The notes: a model not told the origin generated them from the letters alone. DNA of 64,000 bases from Candidatus Hadarchaeota archaeon (GCA_964621445.1 CAZUNO010000007.1:32001-96000); one strand, 5' to 3'; positions 1 to 10,687 are shown, counted from the stretch's first letter. Translations and numbers: made by a program.

Positions 1-136
1 TAAAACATGCATACTACGAAATAACCACAAAACCCCCCTCTACAATAGAATTTGAATAGGTGGATGTGTTATCGAGGGAACCAGGGTCGCAAAGTGCCAG
101 CTTATAATCCACTGGCATTGATTACAGTTTCTCTAT

Positions 137-421
137 TCATGGGTTGTTATCTTCGCCAAGACTACAGTATAGTTCTATGATGTATGGAGAGATATCTGAG
201 GTATATGTCTTGAGTTTAAGGTTGCCCTCTCCACATGAATACTCAGGATCTTTTCTATTGCTGATTCGAACATGTGCAGGGTTTCCTTGGTGAGCTCTAT
301 CCTGTGGGTCCCTGTCTCTAATAATCTGTCCAAAGTATTCATTATTGAAGACTTGATCCCCAACGATAACCGTGTCATTATCCTCTTCCCCGAGGTAATC
401 CGTTAGGAGCATTCGAAGCAA
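137..421 (-). CDS. Hypothetical protein or gene remnant in AT-rich region
   Basis: 94 aa ORF with TTG start and no recognisable motif. A hydrophobic stretch in another frame just upstream hints at a disrupted gene. Confidence 0.25.
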   Translation of the reverse strand: MLRMLLTDYLGEEDNDTVIVGDQVFNNEYFGQIIRDRDPQDRAHQGNPAHVRISNRKDPEYSCGEGNLKLKTYTSDISPYIIELYCSLGEDNNP

Positions 422-654
422 GGGAAAATCCAGAAGAAAATTAGAGGTGATAGCCAGAATATGTGTCTACAATCTAACACAACTATCCTACCTAATCTAA
501 ACCAAAAACCTCCATACACCATTAAAAACAAAAGACAAACAAGAATGCCCGACGATCATAGATATCCAAAGAGTTATATTTAGCTATGCAACTTTATGCC
601 GGATCCAGGTTCTGTAGGGCTTAAATCAAAGGACCAAGACTTGAGGGTTCTTGA

Positions 655-1899
655 TTGAAGGGGCACCTAACCATATTTCTAGCATGTATGTGGATACTGA
701 TGTCATATGCTAATTGTTACGCTTCCGAGGCGCGTCCAATGCGAGTCCTTGCTATCGGTGAAGTCGATCCGAGCTATTGTCCCATATCAGACTATGGTAA
801 CATTGAGCCCTCTCTAGATGTGACCTTGGCCATAGCGAGAGAGATGCACGGCACTACTTTCGGAGAAGAAGGTCTCAGGCGACAAATTCGTTTGTACGTT
901 CCGCGGAATCTTCAAAATATGTTGGAGTACGATTTTATACTTTTCAACCAACCGGTACTTAAGTACTTTTCTTTATCTTCAATTGAAAATATGCATTCCG
1001 TGATTGCCGACCATGGCGTGGGAGGGTTGTGCTTCATGCAGAGCATGTACTCCGAAATCTACAGTCCATGGCTCGAAACCAAGTTGAGCGAGTGTTTCCC
1101 CTACAACCACCATGCCTATCTCCGAATGGGAACTCCTGATGGACAACACTACAATTTAGTGGTAGCAAAGGATACGAACCTTCCACCCCTGCTGACCCCT
1201 TACGTAGAGGTGGGAATAGAGTCTGTTAGACCCTTCGGCCAAGCAAGGCCCACGTTTGCGAAGGAAGGAGCCACAGTCTGGGCCTACTGTACCTCCTCCG
1301 CCATCCGAACCTTTTATGGCCTAGATCGCTTTCCATTATTCATTTCATGGGAATATGGGACCAAGAAAGCATTGACATGGACAACCGCTGATCAGTTCGA
1401 TAGCCCAATGTGGCGCACCAATGATGGAAAAGAGAGATACGCACTTGACATCTTCACCGGTATGATTTGGCTTTCCTGTGGGTGGGCTCTCCCCCGAGAC
1501 CCGCTTAGGGTCCGCAACTTACGGGATTCTTTCACAGAGCTAAGGGCCAGGATTAGTGTGATCGATAACTTCATCGAGTTCATAGACAAATATGGAGGCA
1601 GTTCCTATGAGATTGAGACCGACCTAGGGAGTTTACGGTCCATGATGGAGGAGGCAGACCAACTTTATCTAAGGCATGACTTCGAGAAAACGGAGATGAA
1701 GTTCAGGGAAGCATTAAGTTTCGCATCAGAAATCGAGGCCAGGTCGGTGACGCTCAAGGACCGGGCATTGATATGGGTCTACTTGATTGAATGGCTTTCG
1801 GTCACAGGGACATTCTTGTTATGCGGTTTCGTTCTCTGGACTTTAATGATCAAAAAGAAACTATACAGCGAAGTTGAGACTACCAAATATAGTGTCTAA
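655..1899 (+). CDS. Uncharacterised secreted, C-terminally membrane-anchored protein (paralogue 1 of 3)
   Basis: N-terminal signal peptide; RLYVPR and LPRDPLRV motifs; helical stalk; RALIWVYLIEW transmembrane segment with KKKLYSEV tail, shared with 7562-8830 and 22117-23358. Confidence 0.8.
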   Translation: MKGHLTIFLACMWILMSYANCYASEARPMRVLAIGEVDPSYCPISDYGNIEPSLDVTLAIAREMHGTTFGEEGLRRQIRLYVPRNLQNMLEYDFILFNQPVLKYFSLSSIENMHSVIADHGVGGLCFMQSMYSEIYSPWLETKLSECFPYNHHAYLRMGTPDGQHYNLVVAKDTNLPPLLTPYVEVGIESVRPFGQARPTFAKEGATVWAYCTSSAIRTFYGLDRFPLFISWEYGTKKALTWTTADQFDSPMWRTNDGKERYALDIFTGMIWLSCGWALPRDPLRVRNLRDSFTELRARISVIDNFIEFIDKYGGSSYEIETDLGSLRSMMEEADQLYLRHDFEKTEMKFREALSFASEIEARSVTLKDRALIWVYLIEWLSVTGTFLLCGFVLWTLMIKKKLYSEVETTKYSV

Positions 1900-2091
1900 T
1901 ACCAGAATAACGAAACTGGTGGCAGGACTGGAGTGACAGCGAATCAAAAACTTAGGCGGAATCCCAGCCATACAGCGAAAGTGCCATTTTTACAGGGTAA
2001 GACGTCCAATAGCCTCCCAGCTCCACAAGGTGAAGCCCAAGGATGAAGCAACTTCTATTCCTTCATTCTTAGGATATAGGCTGAAGATTGA

Positions 2092-3360
2092 TCAGAGTAG
2101 ATCTCTGTAATTCTCGGTAACCTTTCGGAAGCCCTCGAGCACCTGATCGGAGTATCCCTCAGTCTCTTTGATGAATACGGGCATCCCGAGTATCCTGTTA
2201 TGTACCTCTTCTGAAATGGGCAGGCTTCCCTCCGGATAGCCAGGGTAGTCACCGGTAAGTGGACCCCCATCCTCATAGATATCAAATCCTTCCTCAAACA
2301 ACTTCAACCTGTGAGTAAGACCGTATCCCCTGTGGCTCATATCGATCCCCTCCGCTTGCAGCGCTTCAACCAACCTCTCAGGCTGAAGCCCCCCCAACTC
2401 ATCTGGCCGATAGATCATATGAAGCCCACCGTAATACCCAGCAGCCTTCGCCTTCGGCAGGACCTTCACGGGATTTATCCCCTGAATATCGTCTAAACCT
2501 TTGAATATCTTGTCCACATAACTCTGCTTCCTCTCATTCCTCTCGTCCAAACTGTCAAACATGACCATCGCGGCCGCTGTCGCCCATGGGTGTGTGCGAA
2601 ATTTCAGCCCGAGATTAGTAGGAGCCAGAGAACTAAAGCGCGGGTTACTGAACTCCTCTTCGACTCCCGAACGGTTAAGGTGACAGAATAACAGGATCCT
2701 CTCGTAAAGTTTACGATCGTTGGTTGTTACCAGACCCGCCTCTCCGGCCGGCAGCGGTTTTCCCCCTGGAGGCGACCCCTGCATCGAGAAGCACCCTACG
2801 TGCCCTATAGAACCAACCTTCCGATCTCCCCACTCAGCGCCGTGCGAATGAGATGCATCCTCGATAACGGCGATACCGTGCCTCTCAGCGATCTCCATTA
2901 TGGCGTCCATATCGCAGACGTTTCCATACATATGGACCACGCTAATGGCCTTGGTCCGGGGGGTAATCCGCTTCTCCATATCCACAGGGTCTATCAGAAG
3001 CGTCTCGGGGTCGATCTCACAAAATACTGGCCGGGCACCCATATGTACCGCCGGGGCAATCGAACATATCCATGTGTAGCATGGATGTAGCACCTCGTCC
3101 CCCCTTCTAACGCCAACCGCGTAATATGCAGCCCACAAAGTCGAAGTACCGTTATGTTGACACAGACAGTAATCGGTACCTATATACTCCGCAAATCTCT
3201 TCTCCAGTTCCCTTGGAGTGCCCTCTCCCGATTGCGACCACACGCCTTCATCTATCATCTTTCCGACAGCAGCCTTTATCCTTTCAACAGGTACTTCCCA
3301 GTTCTCCTCCGGCTCGACCTCAACAGCTTTCCGGCCTCCTAGTATCGCAAGTTCTGACAT
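2092..3360 (-). CDS. DegT/DnrJ/EryC1/StrS family PLP-dependent sugar aminotransferase
   Basis: LAILGG N-terminus, NGTSTL, VHMYG, IEDASHSHG, FSMQ..K motifs. Start placed at the ATG at 3360; the ORF extension to 3558 looks non-coding. Confidence 0.9.
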   Translation of the reverse strand: MSELAILGGRKAVEVEPEENWEVPVERIKAAVGKMIDEGVWSQSGEGTPRELEKRFAEYIGTDYCLCQHNGTSTLWAAYYAVGVRRGDEVLHPCYTWICSIAPAVHMGARPVFCEIDPETLLIDPVDMEKRITPRTKAISVVHMYGNVCDMDAIMEIAERHGIAVIEDASHSHGAEWGDRKVGSIGHVGCFSMQGSPPGGKPLPAGEAGLVTTNDRKLYERILLFCHLNRSGVEEEFSNPRFSSLAPTNLGLKFRTHPWATAAAMVMFDSLDERNERKQSYVDKIFKGLDDIQGINPVKVLPKAKAAGYYGGLHMIYRPDELGGLQPERLVEALQAEGIDMSHRGYGLTHRLKLFEEGFDIYEDGGPLTGDYPGYPEGSLPISEEVHNRILGMPVFIKETEGYSDQVLEGFRKVTENYRDLL

Positions 3361-3612
3361 TTGGCCATCAAGCCAGAATGACTCATAAAAAGTCTTTCCG
3401 TTTCGAGTTTCGGTTATATTATCGCTATCGAAAGAAGGCGCGGGACACGGGTTGAAGAAGGGGTTTTGGTTTTTTTGGGGGGTTCTTCCTTTGAACTGAA
3501 TTTTAAGTTTCAGGTGGGGGTTTGCATCAGTTTGGAAAAGGGAACTCATATCATTCATTCCTGCCGAGGAGGGAATGAAAAGGATTTAAAACATCTTCTA
3601 GAAGCTTGACTC

Positions 3613-5883
3613 ATGAAAGGAACTCTTTATTCCTTCCGCAGTGGTACCGTCGACCTAGGTCAAGATCCTCCTAAGCTGTTCGCTGAGGCAGCCCGCATTC
3701 TCAAGGAGGAGATCGTAAGCCGTTCTGCCTCGTTTTCCTTCCTTGACCATCCGGCTCAGCGAATGAACAACGGTATTCGATTTCGCTTTCGCCCCGAAAA
3801 AGACATGACCCAAGATAGCTTTTCCATCTCATTCCCGGCATCGACCGTACCTGCAACAGTGGACATTAAGGCCTCCGGGCATACCGCTGTGATTCACGCA
3901 GTCGGCAAGCTTCTGAGATCAATGACATTCAGGCCCGAGGGTCTCGTGGTCCCCCGGATGGACATAAACCTCAAGGCGACCCATCGGCACCGTGGGCATG
4001 AGTTGTCAACCAAGACCTACCGTGATTCGTGGGAAAAGGAGGATTGGGAGAGTTATACCCGAGAATTGGCACTGTGGGGGGCTAACTGGATATGGTCAAC
4101 CACGTCCTGCCGGGCTCCACTCGAGGGTTGTTCAGAGGAAACGAGGGTACGCTGGGAGAAGCACTGTTCCCTGCAGAATGTGCAGGCGGATATAGCCTCG
4201 AGATACGGAATGAGATTTGGGGTTCATTCCTTCCCAAACAACATATCCCCGGAGCTCGTCACGCCCGAGATCAGCTTCAAGGGGTCCTACGTTTGTCCTT
4301 CCACGCGAGAGGGACGGCGCCTAATCCTGGATTCGAGAAAGATGCTCTTCCAGAGGCTGAGTAGGGTAGATGCGGTTTTCACCGCATCTCACGACCCGGG
4401 TGGCTGCCCGTGCCCCAGATGCAAGCCGTGGGTGGAGGCTTTTGTTCCCCTTGTCGAGGAGGAGGCGGCCATAGTCAGGGAGCACCATCCCCAGGCTGAT
4501 TTCTACATCTCGAACCAGGCTCTCTCGAGGGACGAGAACCTTTGGCTCTTCGATTATCTTGAATCCGAGTCGCCGGACTGGTTGGACGGGATCGTCTGGG
4601 GACCGCAATCGCGGCCGCTAAGCGAGCTTCGGAGAGGCCTGCCCGAAAGGTACGACATCATCGCCATGCCGGATATTACCCATCTCATCATCTGCCAGTA
4701 CCCCGTAATCGGCTTCGACCATGCAAATGCCCTGGTCCATCACCGTGAATCCCCCACCTACCGACCCAGGGCGATGCAGAGGATCTACGAGGAGACGGCC
4801 CCGTTTTTAATCGGATCCATGCCCTACTCCGAGGGATTGCACGATGACCTGAATAAGGCGGTATGGTCGGGTCTGAACTGGGGAGTTGGTCCCGAGGAAT
4901 CGGTTGCCGAGTACGTACGTTGGTACTTCGGCGAAGAGGTCCAGGATGCGATGACGAGGGCGATATTTGACCTTGAGGCCAGCTGGAAGACGCCGGTTAT
5001 CGAAAATGAGCGTATATCCGAGATCTTGGGGGTCGTCGAGGACATAGGATCGGAGGTTGAGGGCGGTACGGGCAACTGGAGGTACCGGTTGCTCCTGCTG
5101 AGGTCCATCATTGACCTGTACGTCCAAGTCAGGCTTCGGAGGGAACGGGCTACGGAGTCCAAAGCACTCCATATACTCGAAAGTGATATGGGGGCGGATG
5201 AAAGGATTGACTCCGCTCTCGAGGCCCTCTCCGAGAGCAGACCGGACTCCCGCGAGTCGGATCTGAGAGAAAGGATAATCCGCATGGGGAAAGAGCTGAA
5301 GGCCTCCAAGGGCATGTGGTTTGATCCTCTGGACAGGCTGGAGGTGCATCTGGCGGACATACCCTGGATGAAGGCCATTCTGGATAAAGCGAAAAACCTG
5401 CCAAGTCAGGAAAAAAAGGCCGCTATATCGAGAATAGTCGACCACGAGGACTCTGGCCCCGGCGGGCTCTATGAGGACTGTGGCAATGTGGAGAGGGAAT
5501 CACACCGTGTCGAGGGAGAGGATTACTATCTGGAGGACCTAGACCAGAGCATCCGGCTATCCCAGCGTAGAATGTCTTACGGCAGAAGCCAGTGGGACGC
5601 AGATGTTGTGTACCGGTATAATGACCTGAACCCCGACATGGCTTATCGCCTCTCGGTTACCTATGTTACTAACAGGAGGATGCGTGGTTCACAGGTCCTA
5701 CTTGCCAACGACAGCATCGTCCATGACGAGGTCCAGCTACCGGAGAATACCCCCGCCTCCTACGAATTCGAACTTCCACGCGAGCTGACGAAGGGCGGAA
5801 CATTGGAGCTGGTATTCAGGAGGGGGAACAACGGCAGGGGACCGCTCGTTTCCGAGATTTGGCTCCGACCACACCATTGGTGA
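3613..5883 (+). CDS. Glycoside-hydrolase-like protein (GH20/GH67-type N-domain, TIM barrel, C-terminal beta-sandwich)
   Basis: 756 aa; HAVGKLLR..RGH and LALWGAN pattern; HDPGGCPCPRC; C-terminal jelly-roll ending VSEIWL; no signal peptide. Confidence 0.6.
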   Translation: MKGTLYSFRSGTVDLGQDPPKLFAEAARILKEEIVSRSASFSFLDHPAQRMNNGIRFRFRPEKDMTQDSFSISFPASTVPATVDIKASGHTAVIHAVGKLLRSMTFRPEGLVVPRMDINLKATHRHRGHELSTKTYRDSWEKEDWESYTRELALWGANWIWSTTSCRAPLEGCSEETRVRWEKHCSLQNVQADIASRYGMRFGVHSFPNNISPELVTPEISFKGSYVCPSTREGRRLILDSRKMLFQRLSRVDAVFTASHDPGGCPCPRCKPWVEAFVPLVEEEAAIVREHHPQADFYISNQALSRDENLWLFDYLESESPDWLDGIVWGPQSRPLSELRRGLPERYDIIAMPDITHLIICQYPVIGFDHANALVHHRESPTYRPRAMQRIYEETAPFLIGSMPYSEGLHDDLNKAVWSGLNWGVGPEESVAEYVRWYFGEEVQDAMTRAIFDLEASWKTPVIENERISEILGVVEDIGSEVEGGTGNWRYRLLLLRSIIDLYVQVRLRRERATESKALHILESDMGADERIDSALEALSESRPDSRESDLRERIIRMGKELKASKGMWFDPLDRLEVHLADIPWMKAILDKAKNLPSQEKKAAISRIVDHEDSGPGGLYEDCGNVERESHRVEGEDYYLEDLDQSIRLSQRRMSYGRSQWDADVVYRYNDLNPDMAYRLSVTYVTNRRMRGSQVLLANDSIVHDEVQLPENTPASYEFELPRELTKGGTLELVFRRGNNGRGPLVSEIWLRPHHW

Positions 5884-6173
5884 TTGTATTCAGTCATCAT
5901 GATTTCTCCGCGTCTGGTGCAGGTTAATTCCCCTGATACGGATCGTCTGAACCTAAAAACTCCCCGACTTAATATCACCTAGCTTATGTTTCGGGGTCAA
6001 TTGCCGTTAAATATGAAAGAGTCTTGATGTTATCTAGATTTGATTTGTCTTTGTTTGGAGAAGCTTATTGGTAGAGAGGGTTCGACCTGGAGGTCCATCG
6101 GTTCTTCGCGATCCTGAGTTTTGAGGCTCTAAGCGTTACCTTTTAGGGTCCCCAAACCCTCTAACTAGGCTGG

Positions 6174-7547
6174 ATGTTATCGAATTCAGATCCCGATGAT
6201 AATAGAAGGGTCAATATTTTCGAGGAGGGGAGCGAAGAGGGAGGCCCCGTACTATATTGGATGAGCCGTGATCAAAGGGCCAGTGATAATTGGGCCCTGA
6301 TATTTGCTCAGGAGATGGCCATCAACCGTAGTGACCGGCTGGGGGTGGCCTTCTGCCTGAATCCCGGTTTCCTGGGTGCCGGGGCGCGGCAATACTCCTT
6401 CATGTTGCGAGGTCTTAGGGAGGTAAAGGACTCCCTTTCCGACCTGAATATACCCTTCTTCCTCCTAGATGGCAAACCCCAGGAGACTCTACCGGAGTTT
6501 TGCCGAGAGAACGACGTGGCAACGATCGTGGGGGATTTTAGCCCTCTTAGGATAAAGACCCAATGGCGGGATGATGTAAGGAGCAACATTGATTGCGGGT
6601 ATTACGAGGTAGATGCACACAACATCATCCCCTGCTGGGTTTCGTCACCCAAGCTAGAGTACGCGGCACACACCATCAGGCCAAAGATCCACGAGGCATT
6701 GCCAGAATTCCTGACGGAGTTCAAAGCGGTAGAGGAACATCCCCATGATTGGACTGGGGAGGAGGAGGCAATTGACTGGGAAGGAATCCTGGAGGATATG
6801 GAAGAGGATGGGGAGGTACCTCCGGTCAACTGGATAGATCCCGGTGAAAAGGCAGGGATGAACCAATTGAGGGATTTTTTGAGCAACGGGCTTGGTAGAT
6901 ACTCGGACATGAGAAATGATCCCACCGCGGGGGCACAATCCGGTCTATCTCCCTATCTGCATTTCGGGCACCTGTCAGCACAGAGGGTAGCTCTGGAGGT
7001 TGAGGGATCGGAAGCAGATGAGGAATCTAAACAGGGATTTCTCGAGGAATTGGTAGTGAGACGGGAGCTATCGGACAATTTCTGCCATTATAATCCCCAC
7101 TATGATAGTTTTGAGGGATTTCACTCCTGGGCAAAAAAGACGCTCAACGAACATCGTGAGGATGAGAGGGAATATCTATACTCCCTTGAAGAGTTCGAAA
7201 GGGGGGACACTCACGATGAACTTTGGAATGCAGCCCAGATGGAAATGATGAAAAAGGGCAAAATGCACGGTTACATGAGGATGTACTGGGCCAAGAAGAT
7301 CTTGGAATGGACGGAGTCGCCGGAGCAGGCCTTGGAGTTTGCAATTCACCTTAACGACAAGTATGAGCTCGATGGGAGGGACCCAAACGGTTATACCGGT
7401 ATCGCCTGGAGCATAGGTGGGGTTCACGATAGAGCTTGGCAGGAACGACCTGTTTATGGCAAAGTTAGGTATATGAGTTACAGCGGATGCAAACGTAAAT
7501 TCGATATCGAAAAATACATGGAACAGGTGGCAGAATTACCCCGGTAA
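6174..7547 (+). CDS. phrB: Class II CPD DNA photolyase
   Basis: YWMSRDQRASDNWAL, SGLSPYLHFG, MHGYMRMYWAKKILEW, DGRDPNGY motifs. Confidence 0.95.
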   Translation: MLSNSDPDDNRRVNIFEEGSEEGGPVLYWMSRDQRASDNWALIFAQEMAINRSDRLGVAFCLNPGFLGAGARQYSFMLRGLREVKDSLSDLNIPFFLLDGKPQETLPEFCRENDVATIVGDFSPLRIKTQWRDDVRSNIDCGYYEVDAHNIIPCWVSSPKLEYAAHTIRPKIHEALPEFLTEFKAVEEHPHDWTGEEEAIDWEGILEDMEEDGEVPPVNWIDPGEKAGMNQLRDFLSNGLGRYSDMRNDPTAGAQSGLSPYLHFGHLSAQRVALEVEGSEADEESKQGFLEELVVRRELSDNFCHYNPHYDSFEGFHSWAKKTLNEHREDEREYLYSLEEFERGDTHDELWNAAQMEMMKKGKMHGYMRMYWAKKILEWTESPEQALEFAIHLNDKYELDGRDPNGYTGIAWSIGGVHDRAWQERPVYGKVRYMSYSGCKRKFDIEKYMEQVAELPR

Positions 7548-7561
7548 GGATGACCTGAGGG

Positions 7562-8830
7562 TTAATGGCCCCTGGTCCGGGTGGTCTTTATCTCCCTGTA
7601 AAGTTTCCTTCTAATCATCACCGCCCAGAGAAAAAATCCGGTCAGCATCGCAACGCCGGAAACCACGAACCACTCGATTAAATATACCCAGGTGAGGGCC
7701 CTGCTCTTGGCCTCCATCGCTTTTGCGTTTAACCTCCCCCAGGCGGCATTGATTTCCTCGAATATCTCGGCGGCCTCATCATAGTCGTTTTGACGGAATC
7801 TTTCCTCGGCCTCCTTTTCCATCTGGTTCACCTCGTCCAGCTCCTGGTAGAGTTCAAGGGTTGAGGCGCCGAAGTTCTCCACGAATTCGAGCAGCGACAC
7901 GTAGAGAGAGGCCTTGTCCAGGTGGGTGTTTATCTCGACCCTCAGGCGGTGGGCCCTGATTATGTCGTCCGGTATCTCCTTTCCAGCCCCAAAATACAGA
8001 AGGTAAATTATGAAATCCTGGTACCAAGGCCAGTCGTTTAGCATCCTATTTGTGGTCCCGTAGCTGCCAAATACCTGGGTTTCACCAAGAACCCTTCCTT
8101 TTCCCTGTTCCCACCAAGCTATCCATGGGAATTCCTTCCCCGGAGCAATAGCGGTGGCTATAAGTCTCGCCCCATCCTTTGGTTTGACCTTGTTTAGAAG
8201 TTCAACTGGTCCCGAGCTTTTCCAGGGCAGCCGGGCCAGATGATGACCGGGATCCGTGAAATGAGGCTTCTGAAATGCCGCTCTCGGTGGGTTATATCCT
8301 CCCAGGCATCTGAAGGGGAGTATGCCATCTATTATGGTATCTCCCCATGACTTATACCAGCCCTCTCCTCCCCCTCCCCAGGAGGCATCCCCTCCCCACA
8401 TGCTGAGCGGCATTCCCTCCTCACGTACTGCATCCACGAACCAGGACATCCAGGCCTGCTCGAAGAAGACCTCCGGGAATTGGCTGCTTCCACATGAAGC
8501 CTCTCGGAGAAGTATCATATCCCTGGTTTCCACCATGTGTTGATAGTTCCTGGGCATGTAGATCCTCATCGCCCTGTTGATGGATTCCGGGTCCTTCTTA
8601 AGATGGCCGATTGAGTAATGTCCCGGCTGGGGTACGCCGAGGATCGATATCGAGGGGTCGGCTCCCAGTCTTTTGTGAAATATTCCACCCTGAGCCAGTC
8701 CCCTATCGATCATTAGCACCTCGATGGTAAGAGGGTCCCCGGAGGATAGATCAGCTAACGAGGTAACGCATGGAAGGGAAACCAGAATAATTGCCGAGAT
8801 GAAAAGGAGATGCGGAGCCGAGGCCCTCAT
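7562..8830 (-). CDS. Uncharacterised secreted, C-terminally membrane-anchored protein (paralogue 2 of 3)
   Basis: Signal peptide; RIYMPR; RALTWVYLIEW transmembrane segment; RRKLYREI tail. Confidence 0.8.
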   Translation of the reverse strand: MRASAPHLLFISAIILVSLPCVTSLADLSSGDPLTIEVLMIDRGLAQGGIFHKRLGADPSISILGVPQPGHYSIGHLKKDPESINRAMRIYMPRNYQHMVETRDMILLREASCGSSQFPEVFFEQAWMSWFVDAVREEGMPLSMWGGDASWGGGGEGWYKSWGDTIIDGILPFRCLGGYNPPRAAFQKPHFTDPGHHLARLPWKSSGPVELLNKVKPKDGARLIATAIAPGKEFPWIAWWEQGKGRVLGETQVFGSYGTTNRMLNDWPWYQDFIIYLLYFGAGKEIPDDIIRAHRLRVEINTHLDKASLYVSLLEFVENFGASTLELYQELDEVNQMEKEAEERFRQNDYDEAAEIFEEINAAWGRLNAKAMEAKSRALTWVYLIEWFVVSGVAMLTGFFLWAVMIRRKLYREIKTTRTRGH

Positions 8831-8919
8831 GGATGATCTTTGTGATCATAAGTTAAATCCTTTTTCCTTCCTCGAAAGGGGGCGCTACCACAATAGAACC
8901 TGTTACTCACTGCGGTGGT

Positions 8920-9261
8920 TTAACCTATCGCGTCCTCCCCGCGTTCCCCGGTCCTTATCCTTATACATTCCTTGAGGTCGACCACGAAGATCTTTCCGTC
9001 ACCTATCTCTCCGGTTCTAGCACCATCTATTATTGCCTGGATGGTCGGTTCCACAAATTCCTCGTTTACTCCGATTTCTATCCTGACCTTCTTGAGGAGA
9101 TTCACTTCCCGGGTGACCTGTCTGTAGACCTCTTTGTACCCCCGTTGCTGGCCGCACCCAAGGGCATTGGTCACCGTCATCTTGAAAACCTCTGCCTTTG
9201 CCAAAGCCGCCTTTACGTCCGGGAGTTTATGCGGTTGAATTATCGCGGTTACTATCTTCAT
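8920..9261 (-). CDS. glnK: P-II nitrogen regulatory protein
   Basis: [37 protein letters not shown]; directly downstream of amtB. Confidence 0.95.
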   Translation of the reverse strand: MKIVTAIIQPHKLPDVKAALAKAEVFKMTVTNALGCGQQRGYKEVYRQVTREVNLLKKVRIEIGVNEEFVEPTIQAIIDGARTGEIGDGKIFVVDLKECIRIRTGERGEDAIG

Positions 9262-9272
9262 CTAAACGCCTC

Positions 9273-10595
9273 TCACTCGGCCACGAATATCTGAAATCCA
9301 CTGTAGGATTCCATGCCGTGTTCACCTATATCCAGACCCCTGATTTCCTCCTCCCGGCTGACCCTTAGCCCCATTAAACGGTCTAGCGCCTTGAAGAAGG
9401 CATACATAACCAATCCTACAAAGGCCAACAGTGCCACCACGCCGGTGATCTGGACCGATAGCAGTCCGAAGCCAGCGCCAGATGTAATACCCCTTGTGCT
9501 GTGGAAGAGGCCCACTGCCAGCGTTCCCCAAATGCCGTTCATTCCGTGGACCGGAATGGCACCCACGGGGTCATCGATTCCCCGCCGGTCCAGAAAGGTG
9601 ACCCCGAGAACGGTTACTGGACCCGAAAGGAGGCCTATGACCGCCGAGGAGGAGATGCTTACGAAAGCGCAGGGGGCTGTTATGGCCACAAGTCCACCTA
9701 GTGCTCCGTTCATGGTCATACCTACATCAGGCTTCCCAAGGCGAAACCAGGCTATTACCAGGGAGCCCAAAGCCCCGGTGGCAGCTGCGATATTGGTGTT
9801 CACGGCGACCTTTGCTATGAGGTCCGAGTCCATTCCCGACAGCGAGCTCCCGGGATTGAATCCAAACCACCCGAACCAGAGAATAAACACTCCCAGCGCT
9901 GCCAGTGGTATGTTGTGACCCATTATGACCTTTGCCTTTCCGTCACGGGCGAACTTTCCGATACGTGGTCCCAAAACCAGTGTCCCCATCAGGCCAGCGA
10001 TACCCCCCGTAGCGTGAACCACACTGGACCCTGCAAAGTCCACGAATCCCAGATCCTGAAGCCAGCCACCACCCCATATCCAGTGCCCGACGATGGGATA
10101 GACCAAGGTGCTAATCAACAGGGAGTATGTGATATATCCCGAGAACTTCATTCTCTCCGCCACGGCACCGGAAACTATGGTAGCAGCGGTCCCACAGAAC
10201 ACGGCCTGGAAAAGCCAGAATGCTGGCGTCGGAATTCCGGCCATTTCGGAGGGTAAGTTCGATAGAAAGACACCAGTTGTTCCCATTACCTGGTTTCCAA
10301 GCCCAAACATGATTCCAAAACCAATGACCCAGAACCCGATGGAGGCCATGCAGAAGTCAAGGAGGTTCTTCATGATGATGTTTCCAGCGTTCTTGGCCCG
10401 TGTGAATCCTACCTCCAACATGCCGAAACCGGCCTGCATGAAGAAAACCAGAAAGGCGGCCAGGAGCACCCAGAGGGTGTTTATGCTTCTCATTATCTCG
10501 GTCAGGCCTGGCGTATCTGATAGTGCAAAAACCCCTGGCAGAAAGACCATTAGAATCAGCAGGAGTATTGACGAACTCACAGCTCCGTTGTCCAT
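9273..10595 (-). CDS. amtB: Ammonium transporter
   Basis: FFMQAGFGMLE, SGAVAER, DFAGSSVVH, LWFGWFGFN, DDPVGAIPVH, GLDIGEHG. Confidence 0.97.
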   Translation of the reverse strand: MDNGAVSSSILLLILMVFLPGVFALSDTPGLTEIMRSINTLWVLLAAFLVFFMQAGFGMLEVGFTRAKNAGNIIMKNLLDFCMASIGFWVIGFGIMFGLGNQVMGTTGVFLSNLPSEMAGIPTPAFWLFQAVFCGTAATIVSGAVAERMKFSGYITYSLLISTLVYPIVGHWIWGGGWLQDLGFVDFAGSSVVHATGGIAGLMGTLVLGPRIGKFARDGKAKVIMGHNIPLAALGVFILWFGWFGFNPGSSLSGMDSDLIAKVAVNTNIAAATGALGSLVIAWFRLGKPDVGMTMNGALGGLVAITAPCAFVSISSSAVIGLLSGPVTVLGVTFLDRRGIDDPVGAIPVHGMNGIWGTLAVGLFHSTRGITSGAGFGLLSVQITGVVALLAFVGLVMYAFFKALDRLMGLRVSREEEIRGLDIGEHGMESYSGFQIFVAE

Positions 10596-10654
10596 GGTAA
10601 ATATGGGATCCGGAGCGCATATTAGTCTTCACTAAGGAATACAAGTAACGTAGT

Positions 10655-10687
10655 TTGCTATACGTATTAGTAATAATTATACGTATT
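10655..10687. promoter_or_regulatory. Tandem palindromic operator upstream of amtB-glnK (TATACGTATT x2)
   Basis: Copies at 10659-10668 and 10678-10687, 19 bp apart; same motif upstream of the glutamate synthase operon and glnA. Confidence 0.75.

Noticed and set aside
470-545. A/C-skewed tract resembling the reverse complement of 6040-6058
   Set aside because: Low-complexity similarity only; no terminal repeats or target duplication to support a MITE.
3361-3558. N-terminal extension of the DegT ORF and a possible hairpin in the G/T-rich tract
   Set aside because: The extension is low-complexity and precedes the family's normal start; the inverted repeats are short and imperfect.
9313-10635. 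Long antisense ORFs over amtB, and similar ones over other genes
   Set aside because: Shadow ORFs opposite well-supported genes, with no motifs of their own.
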